DNA from: Trypanosoma brucei
Lineage: Eukaryota
Direction: 5' to 3'
NCBI GenBank assembly: GCA_000002445.1
Contig: CP000070.1
Span: 672,001 to 736,000 of the forward strand
Length of the DNA: 64,000 bases
Each line of letters opens with the position of its first letter. The first letter of the stretch is position 1. Below are positions 10,349-22,459 of this stretch, in pieces. A model generated the notes under the pieces. The model did not search any database and was not told the DNA's origin. It worked only from the letters and a program-made list of their open reading frames with translations. The translations under genes and the position numbers were made by a program.

Positions 10349-12063
10349 TGCCTCAGACTTTCTTCCCACTTCCTTTAAACACAGTCTATTGCCTTTGCGC
10401 TACACCAGTCTTAGTTAGGTATGTGCAATGATATCGTAGCCCCCAGTGCGTATCTGGTTTTGCAGTTGAGGGGTCGTTCTCGCTTAGTTGTATTGTTCGC
10501 TTGTTAATTGGTCACTTATCACTTTCTAACATTGATAAATGGAACCCCAATGGTGAAGCAGTGTGGTACCAGTAAACAAACAACAGAAAAGAGTTGAAAG
10601 AAAAGAGGTAACGGAAATTAAAGGGGGAAAAACAGAAACATAGAAGGAGACCCCCAAAAAGGGAAGCAGCAAATAACTGCAGCAAACGGACAGGCAGGTG
10701 CTAGACAGGCAAGCACCTCCCTCCTCTGGAGACGGTTCAACATGGATCACTTACACACATTTTTCCTCTTCGACTTTATCACGCTCAATTCGTTTTGTGC
10801 TTTTTCCAGGGGTATAAAGGAAAGGAAAACACAAGAAGTGCAGTGTCATCTGAAATTGTCAATATGAAATGAAATCAAAACAACAAAACAAAAAAGAAAG
10901 GTAAAGTAAAAGGCAAAGTAAGAAAAAAGAAAAAAGAAAGAAAAGTGAAGAGAGAGAGAGAAAACGGAACCTTTTTCTTTTTCATTCGGCACTACTCGTA
11001 ATTCCTCTTTACATTTTTTCTCCCATGTGGTTCTTTGTTTTCCTCTCTGTTGTCATTATTACCGCCGTCCACCGCGTGTATGAGTGCGTTTCTCGTTGTC
11101 ACCCTTTTTTTTTTCTCTCCTATGCCCTCTCAACTTCACCTTTACTTTATTCATTCACATAAATCATTCTTCCATTGAGTCATCGCCACTTCCCTCATTA
11201 TTAACGTGCATCAATTGCTCATTCCCATCCTCCTTGATTGAAGCGTGATAAGCAGGGAAAAGAAGAGACATGGTAGTTTTTTTATGACGGCATTAACAAC
11301 AACGGCGGTGGACAGGGGTGGAGGGATAAAACGACAAAAAAGTGTCAGTTAAAAAAAAAATCCTTATTCCTAGCATGTTTTTTTTTCTCTTTTTCTTATT
11401 TTCTCTCTCCTTTCGTTTTCTTTTTCCTCAGTCATTTTACTACCGTATGTCCGAGTATATATATGTGTGTGTGTGTGTGAAGGAGTGAAGGGGTGAAGGG
11501 ATGAGGGGGTGAAGGAGTGAAGGGGCGAAGGGAACCAAGGTTTTCATTTCATTTTTTCCCCTCCCCCTTAGAAGTTTCAAAGGAAGCAAATGAAAGAAAA
11601 GAAAGGGGGGAAATGAGGGACTGCAGAGGGAGGAAAATGCATTACTATAGTCGCGTCCTCTCATTCTCTTTTCCCACAATTTCCCCCCTCCCCTCTTCCT
11701 TAAGAACTCCTTGTACTCCTCTTATCATCATTGTTAGTGCACACGTGCGTTTGCGTGTGAATATATATATATATATATATTCATTTATTTATTTATTTAT
11801 TCTTTCATTTCTTTCACACACACACACACAAGCACAAGCACAAGCACATTTATACTCATACATACACAATTTTATTATTTACCTTACCACTTCCACAACA
11901 GAAAGCCATACGTAGTGACAGACGATCTTTTCTCCTTTTTCCCTTCTCTCGCATCTCTTCCTTAGTAAACAAAACAATATTTTCTCCTAATTCCACGCGT
12001 ATGCGCATATGTTATTGTTGTTGCTCGCATTCATCTTTTATCTTTTATCTTTTATCTTTTATT

Positions 12064-12087
12064 ATATATATATATATATATATATAT
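12064..12087. repeat. (TA)12 microsatellite
   Basis: attatatatatatatatatatatatatttc seen directly. Confidence 0.8.
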
Positions 12088-15000
12088 TTCCTCATTGTAC
12101 TTTATTCAACTCTGAGGTGTTCTGCATCGTTTGTTATCCCTTTTTGCGCCCTTTCATTTATTTATTAGCTGTTTTTTTCATTTTTTTTTTCTTTTCGTTT
12201 TCCCCCTTGTTATTCCTTCCTCAGCACAACCTTAACGTTCTGTAACAATTTCGGCTAAAGAAGGGGGAAAAAAAACAGGGGGCCCTCAACCACACATTAC
12301 GGGATGATAATCAAATCAGCAAAAGTGTTAATGGAGTGTGGTGGGGGTGGTAAAAGCGCTGTAGCGGCTGAGAAACGGAAGTTATGAAAACAACCAATAA
12401 AAAAAGGGGGAAAAGGAAGATAGCCGTAGAGAACGGGCTGCTTCAACTGTTTTACATTTCCTTCAAAAATATGTCATCCATCCTCTGCCTCAGCATTTTA
12501 AAAAAAAAAAACGATATCATTACATATTTTTTTTTAAATACCTTTCGTTGCCTTGCATTTGCATTAGTGCCGTCCACTCAATTTATTTTCCTTTTTCCTT
12601 CCGGTGCGCCTTTGTTTTCATCTCCTTTAAGTTTTTTTTCTTTTCCTTTGGTTCCTTCAGATTCAACCCTTTATTTTTATTTTTATTCCTATTTTCTTTC
12701 CCCTCCACGGTGGCGCAAAAGATATATCATTAATTAAATTTATTTATTTACTTATTTTCGTCTTCCCTTTGCATCAGCATAAAAATATATTTAGTCAGCA
12801 CAAACAAAAGTGGTAGGAACATATCAAATTAAACGAAACAAAAGAAGGAGAAGGGGAAACCACACACAAACACACACAAAAATACGCAACAAAACAAAAC
12901 ATAATAAAACATAATAAAACAAAAGCAAAATTCCTCAAAAACCGCATAAACAAAAATAACAACAAGAATAAGTGATATTGCATGTATTTCCCCTTTTGTG
13001 TTTATTTCTCTCTTCTTGTTTTTGTTTCCTTTACTTTTTTCCCTGCATTTACTCCCATACACGTACACACGTATACGCATACGTATTCATGGAAATATAA
13101 TATAATATAATATATATATATATATAAACACATTCATACATTCGTGTGTGGCGATGATGATTGGTACCCATAACAATAATACTAACATAAATAGGTAAGC
13201 AAAAATAAAAAGGCGTTGCGTGTCTAACGCCGTAAGGAATATAAAAAAAAAAAGAAAGAAAGAGAATGAAAAGGGGGAAAGGGGGAAAGGGGGAAAGGAA
13301 GGGGGAAAACAAAAAAGACATTTTTTTCCCCCTCCTCCTCCCGTCCCTCCCTCTTTTCAAGAAGGAATACATTTATAAACACACGGAAGGTAAACAAAAC
13401 AAAGAAGAGGGAAAAAGAAAAATAGCATCAATAAAGTAATTAGATGAGAAGGTGTTCGGAGGTTGTTGTTTTTTTCTTGTTAAAGGGAGAAATAACAAAA
13501 ATAGTTAAAATAGTTAAAATGATTAAAATAATAAAGATAATAAAGATAATAAAAATAACAACTGAAATATAAATTAAAACAATTCATAATAACAATAATG
13601 GTAATAAAATCACCACATTCATACTCATATTCATGACAGTTAACTTTCCCTTCCGTTTTCTTATTCATTCTTTTTTTTTTCAATTATCTCATTCCTTTTC
13701 CAGTCCTTTTTGTTCATACTCTCCCTTCCGTCGCTCATGTAACAAACTACTGACAATAATAACAATAATAATGATAATAATAACCTCCAAAAAGAAAAAA
13801 AACAACTCATAATAATGAAAAAAATGATAACAATTCATACAACGAATTAAATATTTCAAGTGATAAATCGAGAATGCTACAAAATATATAAATAAAGTCC
13901 CCATCGTAGAAAAAAAAACGAAAAAGAGGGGGTGAAAGCACACATTGGGATATAGAATAATGTAACAATTACAATCGTAACAAAAATAAAGATAATAATA
14001 ACAATAACAATAACAACAAAAATAATAAAATAACCGGTAAAAAAAAAAACACACACACACACATAAAATAAAGATAAAAAAATGAATAACAATTCCGAAA
14101 TACTTCAAAAGTTCTTCTTGTTCCCGTTTTTCTTTTTTTTTCTTGACAAACACCGCTTACCTTCACCTTTACCGCAACGAAAACATCAACTAAAATAAAA
14201 ATAAACTAAAAACTAAAAAACGCACCTTCATATAAATTTATCCATACCAGATGTACATTAACCATAACACAAATAAAAATAAAAAGCAAAACTAAGAGAG
14301 TGAGTTAGCAAGTAAATAAAACAATAAAAACAAAAATAATGATAATAACAATAAATTTAAGTGAAGTTGAGGGGAGAACGAAAGCACAAATAAAAAACAA
14401 AAACGAAGAAGCAAAAGGAAAAAAGGTAAAAAGAAAAATAAAAGGAAGGTAAGAGGAGAAGCGTGAAGGAAAGGAGAAAAGGGAAAAGGAAAAGGGGGGT
14501 GCAAAAACGGCGAAAATGCACCTCTTTTTATTTTATTTTTCCCCCCCCCCTTAAAAAACAGCTTAAAATAAAACTATCACCGCAATGACAGTATGTTGTG
14601 TTTTTGTTTTTGTTTCGTTTTGTTTTTTCCCCCTCCTTTCTTTTTTTTTGTATTTTTATCACTTTTTTTTTTTGGTCTTCCCTGATCCTTTTCAAAGCTC
14701 TAAGACATTTACCGGAAGGAAGATGATGCAAAGCAGTAAAATAAAATAAGAGATGACTCCAAATGAAAATAACACCAAGCAAACAAAAAACAAAACAAAA
14801 GGGTAAACAAGAGGAGAGAGCATTCTGATTGGGAAGGTGATCATAAAAACGAAACACAAAAAAATATATACGAGAGGTGGAAATAAATAAAACTAAACAA
14901 AAAAAAAAGCAAAAGTAAAAATAAAATAACTTTCATTTTGGGGATGGGGGGAAGTGCATTATAACAAAAATAGAAAATAAAAAAAGAAAAAAAATATTTT

Positions 15001-15887
15001 CAATAATAATAATGAGAGAAAGAGAAGAGAAGAAAAGAAAAGAAAAGAAAAGAGAGAGAGGAGAAAAAAAAACCTTCAGTCCCTCCCCTCTTCATCTTCT
15101 TTCCTTCTCCCAATTGTCTCCTCTTGATAAATCCCATTTTATAACCTCTCACCACCCTTTCCTTTTCTCTCACCCTCTCATTTATTTGTTTCCCTTTTAT
15201 TATTTTGTTTTGTCTCTTGTCTTATCACTGTTATTATCATTATTATTATTATTTATTTTTGGCTCTGTGCCGCCCCTATCCCTTTTTCATTTCAAAGAAA
15301 AATGTTATAATTAATGACGTAAGGTAATATGAACATGTAAGCTAAAAGAAAAAAAATCCGCCTCACAAACGGTTACACTGCTTCTTGCTTTTTTTCTTTT
15401 TTTTTTCTTATCTCGCCTTCCTTCATTACCACGAACAATAAAATAGATTTCAGTCCATTTTCCTTTAATTTTTTCCTGTCACGCTTAGGGCGCCAAAGGT
15501 GCATTTTCTTTCTTTCACTGTTCTGTCCCTCCCTTTTTCTTTCCTTTTTTTATTTGCTCAGAACGCAGTCTGTGTTACTCCTTTTCCTTCAGCACATGTA
15601 TCGAATTTTCCACTTGATCCGTTACATTCTGTTTCACTTCGTTTCCTCACCTTACTTCTCTTTTCCTCCTTTCTTCTTCGCTCCCTTTCTTTTTTTTAAA
15701 AAAAAGGGTTATTTCACCCTTCTCCGCGTTAGTTAAACTCTGTTACGCTACTGTTTATCGCACAGTTCCAGTAATTATCTTCACATTTTCCCTTGTTTTC
15801 CTCTGCGATGTAGCTCCGCACGCTAAATCATAATACAAGCTCCCTACTGCTTGCGTGTGCGCGTACACATACACATACAAATACAAA

Positions 15888-17105
15888 TTAATTCCTGCCC
15901 CTCCCTTCCCCTTTTTCAATACCACGATCGGTACCATTGGTTCCATAAGGGTTGTAATGCCAGCGCTCCCGACCACCTTTACCGTTTCGAGTCACCACCA
16001 CAATGTTTGGTGTCATGCCGCAACCCTGCTCAGCCAAGCAATCACCAGATGTGCTGGGATCGACGTCGAGCGATAAGTTGTCCGAAGGAAAGAACGTACT
16101 CGAGACCTGGCGCATGTGAATGTCACTTACCTGCCGTGAAAGCGAAAAAGGGATATGCGCCTGTCCACAGTCCACAACGGAATGAGCTTCGGTGCAGGAG
16201 CTGGGATCGCAGCATCTCACAACTGCGGGTTGAGTAGTAACGGAGGCATCTCCAAGTGTCACGCTGCGATTGGCCCCAAACAGCGAACCTGTTGGGCTTC
16301 CGGGACACGTCCAGCCACCCGAGACGGGAGTCGGTGCATCGCAGGCAGCCGCTGCTGCAGGTGGAGGTGGCATAGAGGTACCGGAGGCAGTCACGACAAA
16401 ACAACCGCCGGAAGGTGAGGAGGAAGGAGGTTTCTTCCATGAACGCGGGCGCTGACCCAGTGTGAGGCCCCGATCACACCTCGCCACTTCCTTGCAGATG
16501 TGGAGGTAATTGCACTCCTCCGCGTAGCGGCAGCGATCCTGCACGTGTAGGCGGCAGAGCGTAATATCACCAGCCTCCAGCACAAGGCACGATGGGGGAG
16601 TGCCGAATGCACGACTTTCCCACTGAGCCCCATCTTGTCCCTCCGCTTGGGGTGTGGAATGAAAAAGAGCGTCCAGCAACCGCGAAATGGGAGTGGTGTA
16701 ACTGAAACGGGCGAGTGGAATGTAGCCGCCTCCGTAGGTCGCATCCGGGACGTGAACCACAACGCGCGACATCCATGATCGGTTATCCAGGGCATTGACG
16801 TAATCACGGTCCCCATGCAGCGCACAGCATATGGGTAGATAGTCCACTTGACTTCGAAGCGCAGCCACAACATTCAGCGCAGCATGCACCTGATGGCACT
16901 GTGTACCCTGCCGGCAGCGCCCATCCAGGAACAGCAAGCAAAGGCTCGGGATTGTCGTGCGTTGGTGCGCCCGGGTGGGGTACACGCAACTGAGTGGGAT
17001 CCGTAATTTGCGCGTGGCGGGATCCACAACGACCATGCACTCAACACCTTTTTCAAAACACATGATATCCCTCCTGGTTTCGAGTGGCGAGGCTACGAGC
17101 TGCAT
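15888..17105 (-). CDS. CCCH zinc-finger protein, paralog A (405 aa from the first ATG; ZC3H20/ZC3H21-like)
   Basis: Track ORF starts on GTG; the first ATG is at 17103-17105 ([20 protein letters not shown]...). Two canonical C-x7-C-x5-C-x3-H fingers: [21 protein letters not shown] and [19 protein letters not shown]. The C-terminus is Pro/Ser/Ala-rich. Confidence 0.75.
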
Positions 17106-20100
17106 AATTGTACCTTCGGTTGTATCTAAGGTCACCTTCACAGTCTTATTCGTTGCTCTTTGCACCTTTTTGGTGCTGGTTGGTGCTTATTGCTGTTTCG
17201 GTCTTTCTCAGGACAACCTACAGTCGGTGGTTCAACCCTATGCTATCCGACGAACTTATGTATTCTTTTTCTTTAGCTTGATTATTTTGGTTGTTCTCTG
17301 CTGTTGGGCTCTTTACTTTTGTAAATTCAAGCGCGTACGCGGCGGAAGCTGTGATTAATCACAACGAGATGGAGATAACGACAATAATAGTGATAATAAC
17401 AAGAGGACGAGAGAAGAAGTGAAATGGGAGCAAGAAGTGTGGCAGTTAAAAGGGGGGAAAGGGGGTAACCAAGACAAATAGAGCTCCAGCGGGTTAGGAA
17501 TCCAGCACCCAACACCTACACAACCCATCGCACAGCTCATTTCACGGATGATGAGGAAAGAAGAAGAAGAGGGAAACAGATAATGAAGAGAAAGTGGGGA
17601 CAAGGCGGCACAAATAACAATGATAAAAAGGCAAAGAGTAAAACATTTGAAACGCCACAAATACATAAATATATGTATAAAGAAATACACATAGTTTAAT
17701 AATAATAATATAAGGAGGTCATAGTACCTAGTCTATCACCACTTCACCAGCAACAGCCACCCACGCGAAATGTTTCAGGAAAACTGTGCACAAAGATCCG
17801 AACACACACATGCATCTGAATGAAGCTGCACACAGTAATATATATATACTTATTTTTTTTCGAAAAAAAAAGGGGAAACGCGCACCTATAAGTATTTGTG
17901 GTGGCGTTTGTGTGTGTTTACTTACCTTTTACCATCGTAACCTCCTCAGAATTCTATTACTCACCTTTCTGTTACCCCACGGGCACCGCGCAACCACTTG
18001 GTGATTATTCTCTCGTAGTCAGTAAGTCATCATTACTTCCGTTACCGCGCAAGAGCGTAAGAAAAAAAGAAAAGGACTTTCCCTCACACTTCCATTCCTT
18101 TCCTTTCCTTTTGGTTCCCTAACATTTCTTCCTTTCTTAATCTCTATTTCGCTTACGCAGATACATAATGCCTTAAATTTCCTTCAAAGCAACCCGATGC
18201 TACAACCAAGTCAAAGTAAGATGTAAAAGAACCAAAAGGCGGTAGACGGGGGACGGGAACTAAGATAGAGAAAGGAAATGAAAATGAAAATGAAAACGGG
18301 AATGGGAATGGGAAGAAAAAAACAAAAAGGGCAGCACAAACAAATAAATAAAAATAAAAAAGATAAAAATAAAGAAACAACCGGTTAAAGAGAGTCGGGT
18401 TTTACCTCCTTTCCTCATTTCTTTTTCAATCGACACGTATGCAAATGCAAGAATGTGCGAATGAAATTGGCCCAAAAGTGCTATCAGAAGCAATATGAAA
18501 ACGAAAAACGGTCCCCGAGTAGAGATAAAACGGAATTACGAACAGGTGGGGAAAAGAGTGCAGAAAAAAAAAATGAACGCGTGTTCATGTGTGTGGATTG
18601 TCCAAAAAAAAAATGACGAAAACACTTCGGCTGGGTTGAGGGAAACAAAAAAGATATATATATATATATATATATAACAATTATAACTATAGTAACTATA
18701 ATGATAGATCATTAATACCTCCGACTGCTGCTGTAATAAAAATAATAACAATAATTATATTGAAATGAAGGCAGCAACGAAGTTGGGCAGGAAGAAAGGG
18801 AAATGGAAGAATGAATTTGAGAGAGAGGAAAAGAAAAGAGAAAGGCAAGCGCAATAAAAGAGACCTGGTAAATATATACATACATTCATATATATATATA
18901 TATTAAAAAATAAAAAAATAACCGGTGCATTGTCGAAACAAATGCCCATTCACTAGTTAAAAAAAATTTAAAACAGCAACAACACGATAGGTACAAAATA
19001 AAACTTAAGAAAAAGATGAAAAAGGAAGAAGGTGTAATGGAGGAAGTCGTCGTAATGACTGAGTGAATGAATAACCGAGGTTTAGAAAAAAAAACATGAA
19101 TGAAACAAACACAACGCACCGACGACTCCCCTAACCGCACATACAAAAAAAACTACAAAGGTAAAGAAGAAGAAAAAAGCTGAAGTTGTACCTAATGAGG
19201 AAATTTTAAAAAATCAGTTAAAACATAATAACTGATAATATTTATATGGAAATCGAAATCCCCCACAAATGGTACATTAATATTACAGGGAAAGGGAATG
19301 GTTTTCAACAAAAAAAAAAAGAAAAAGAAACGCCTCTCTACCGTATTAAACAAGGAACGGGATAACATCACATATGCACACATGTAAAGGCATCTCACCA
19401 CTTTATTGTCACAGCCGACAAACTTATATCCATCTCACTCATTCACTCAGTCAGTCAGTCAGTCAGTTAGCCAATCATTCCTTTATTTACTCAACAGCTT
19501 CAAACAAACACGCGTAAAAACACGCGCCCACACATAGGAAATAAAGAAGAAAAAAAAGAAATTCAGTTCGTCCGGAAAAAAAAAACAGGAACACACACCG
19601 TGATCCTGTTACTTCCCATTTTTTCCCCGACTCCAATAGATATTTATTTTCTTTAATATCTCTTGATATCATTTATTTTTTATATTTAATTATCAAAAGG
19701 GTAAAAGAAAAACAAGGAGGAGAAACCATGCGCTACCTCACCCCTCTCCCTTTCCTTCAGTGCCTGGTGGCACTGTTTGACGTTATACAAAAAATATGTT
19801 TTTCACCTCTCTTTATTTTTTGTCCCGCCCCTTCCCAGCTCGCCATACGGGGTACAATTCGATCAATTCAGAAGCACACAGATGGGGAGAAAAAGATGAG
19901 CAGGTGCAAACAATAATAAATTAAACAAATAAAACCGCGCCCTCAAGTCCACAGATACCGAACGAGAAGATTAAAAGGCAAAGACACGCGTATGCTTGTC
20001 AGCCAATTCTTCTTCTTCACTTTTGCAGTAGTTTCGTTCTTATATTAAGATGCCTCACCTGAAGGGGAAACAGATAAACGACAGGATACAACACAATGGG

Positions 20101-21073
20101 GAAGAGCAAAATAAAATAAATAGAAATGCAGCACAGTTAAGCATCACACAACTCTAATAATAATAATAATAATAACCATTATACTGCTGTTTCTTCCCAC
20201 CTGTTTCTCCCTCACTCATTCCTATCAAATGTTAAGTTACCTACACATTCCTTTCTTACACATAGAAACAAATGACACATGCCCTTTCACACGTCAGTAA
20301 GTTTCTCCTTTTCTTATATATTTCTCTTCCATACCCTTTTATGTACAGTGAAACGCTTAAATACTTTCTTCTTTCCTTCACTTCTCTTTGCATCTCATTC
20401 ATATGTTTCGCTGCTTCTCTCCTCTCTTCTTTTCTTCGGTTCACTCCGATATCAACGAAGACATCTACCAAGTACAACCCCACAGGACCCGAAATGAGAG
20501 AAAGCACAAATGAAGCGATAGAAGAGGCAGAGTAGGAAGCACAAAAGGTGAGTTCACACCCGCTTCACAAAAATGAAACATTTCTTTTTTTCTTATTTCG
20601 TATTATTCTCTACGACAGTATCCTTTACCCAAAAATTAAAAAAATACATATATATATATATTATTGCATAATAACAATAATATAATCCAAACATAAAAAG
20701 GGAGATTTACGCTCCTTCAACACCCCTCCCCTCCCCTCCTCACCCCTTACCATCATCCAGTAATGTCAGCATATGTACAAATACAACAGTTGTATTAACA
20801 AAAAAAAAGATGACAGCGATGCTAACATAAGTTATTTGCCGCAAGAAGGGAGTAACGAACGCATATAGCCGAGTGACAACAAAAATAACAAAAAAAAAAT
20901 AGAAACAACGTGTTCCCACAAAAAAAAATGAGAAGGAAATATACAAGAGCTATAAGAGAAACATGGAAAAATTATAATAACAAAATAAAATAAAACGGAG
21001 AAAGATGCACTACAAAAGTTATAACCAAATAATAACGAAAGTGGTGGTATGGAAGGGAACTTCTTCACAATGC

Positions 21074-22459
21074 TCAATCGCTGATTCCTCCCGTTGGAGT
21101 CACACCGTATGGATTGTGTTGCCAGGCGCGTGCAGAGACAGACGCTGAAGACACCGACTCGACCGGCTGTGGAACTGATGACGAAGTCCCATTGGGGCAA
21201 AGGTGAGTGGAGGAGCACTCATCTCCGGGACAGAAATAACAATTAGGTCCGTCACTACCGTAACCGTTCCGGCTGCCGTACGCGTAACCGTTGCAACCGG
21301 AATAATTGTTGTTGTCGGCGTAATGGCAGTCGCTGCACGACCCAACGAATGCGCATGGTGCGCACCCAGACTCAGGTGAGCTCCAGCGATCCCAGCAGCC
21401 TCCGGCCCCATACATTGCTGCATCCTCCCTTGCTGCTGCTGTTGTTGTTGTTGAGGTTGTTGTGGAAGAATAGCAACGCGGAACTCCGGGGTGCCCTTGG
21501 ACAAATCGGGGGGCGAGGGACGGCAATGGTGCAGCATCCATGCGACTTTCCATGTAGGCACCGGTGGGGTACCGCCCAGAAACCCAAGAGCAGTCGCTGT
21601 TAATATCCGACACGGCGTTATAACTCATTGAGCCCTCGTACGATCGAAGGGGGAATGGCGTCTGGTATTCAACCGTGGGGTATGAAAGGGGCCTTCCACG
21701 TACACGTTGTTGACGGGAGACCGAAACGAATACAGAACCCTTCTTTGCTCCTCGTGGGCCGGGTTCTCCCCCATCACGCGCCTGTGACGTGAGCGAGTAA
21801 TCACCGCTGCCATTATTGACATCGACAACAATTTCTTTGCAGATATGAAGGAAGATGCACTCCTCCGCGTATCGGCAGCGGTCCAGCGTGTGAAGGCCAC
21901 ATATTTTAAAGTCACATGCGTTTAAGACCATCCGCTTTGGATGTCCCCCACCATCAACTGCCGCAACACTGACGCCACTCTCGAGGCGAGCGTTGACTTC
22001 CCTCAATATCCTGGAAATGGGAGTGGTGTAACTGAAACGGGCGAGTGGAATGTAGCCGCCTCCGTAGGTCGCATCCGGGACGTGAACCACAACGCGCGAC
22101 ATCCATGATCGGTTATCCAGGGCATTGACGTAATCACGGTCCCCATGCAGCGCACAGCATATGGGTAGATAGTCCACTTGACTTCGAAGCGCAGCCACAA
22201 CGTCCAGCGCAGCATGCACCTGATGGCACTGTGTACCCTGCCGGCAGCGTCCATTTAAAAACAACTGGCAAAGGCTCGGGATTGTCGTGCGTTGTTGCGC
22301 CTGGGTGGGGTACACGCAACTGAGTGGGATCAGTAATTTGCGGGTGGCGGGATCCACAACCGTCAAGCACAAAACGCCCTTTTCGTCGAGAGCAAGGTGC
22401 CTTTCACCACCAGCTGGTGCGTTTACCGAAAAGTAGCGATGAGATTGTGGATGGCTCAT
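21074..22459 (-). CDS. CCCH zinc-finger protein, paralog B (461 aa from the first ATG; ZC3H20/ZC3H21-like)
   Basis: Track ORF starts on GTG; the first ATG is at 22457-22459 ([10 protein letters not shown]...). Fingers [21 protein letters not shown] and [19 protein letters not shown]. Poly-Q/Thr-rich C-terminal tail. The central roughly 115 aa are near-identical to paralog A. Confidence 0.75.
   Translation of the reverse strand: MSHPQSHRYFSVNAPAGGERHLALDEKGVLCLTVVDPATRKLLIPLSCVYPTQAQQRTTIPSLCQLFLNGRCRQGTQCHQVHAALDVVAALRSQVDYLPICCALHGDRDYVNALDNRSWMSRVVVHVPDATYGGGYIPLARFSYTTPISRILREVNARLESGVSVAAVDGGGHPKRMVLNACDFKICGLHTLDRCRYAEECIFLHICKEIVVDVNNGSGDYSLTSQARDGGEPGPRGAKKGSVFVSVSRQQRVRGRPLSYPTVEYQTPFPLRSYEGSMSYNAVSDINSDCSWVSGRYPTGAYMESRMDAAPLPSLAPRFVQGHPGVPRCYSSTTTSTTTTAAAREDAAMYGAGGCWDRWSSPESGCAPCAFVGSCSDCHYADNNNYSGCNGYAYGSRNGYGSDGPNCYFCPGDECSSTHLCPNGTSSSVPQPVESVSSASVSARAWQHNPYGVTPTGGISD

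Larger units (their letters stand above)
8735..11006. repeat. Segmental duplication, copy 2
   Basis: See copy 1. Shared strings include cagtctattgcctttgcgctacaccagtcttagttaggtatgtgcaatgatatcgtagcc at 6352 and 10383, and the whole spacer up to ...ggcactactcgtaattcc. Confidence 0.9.

Noticed and set aside
9555-10418. 287-aa plus-strand ORF rich in Ser/Leu repeats (LFRSLLSSLCGESSRV...)
   Set aside because: It is the antisense frame of the tandem-repeat region of the minus-strand coiled-coil gene, on the wrong strand for this transcription unit. The periodicity is inherited from the sense repeats.
12384-14857. Many 60-154-aa ORFs in both strands across the 11-15.9 kb and 17.2-28.7 kb spacers (for example 13689..14153, 22726..23268, 28213..28755)
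   Set aside because: Translations of poly-pyrimidine, AT-rich and microsatellite DNA (F/L/Y/C/I-rich pseudo-proteins), often on the non-coding strand. No motifs. Typical trypanosome UTR/intergenic sequence.
16391-16873. 160-aa minus-strand ORF sharing a long identical peptide with ORF 22003..22254
   Set aside because: Alternate reading frame of the near-identical conversion tract of the two zinc-finger genes. It is explained entirely by the true frame.
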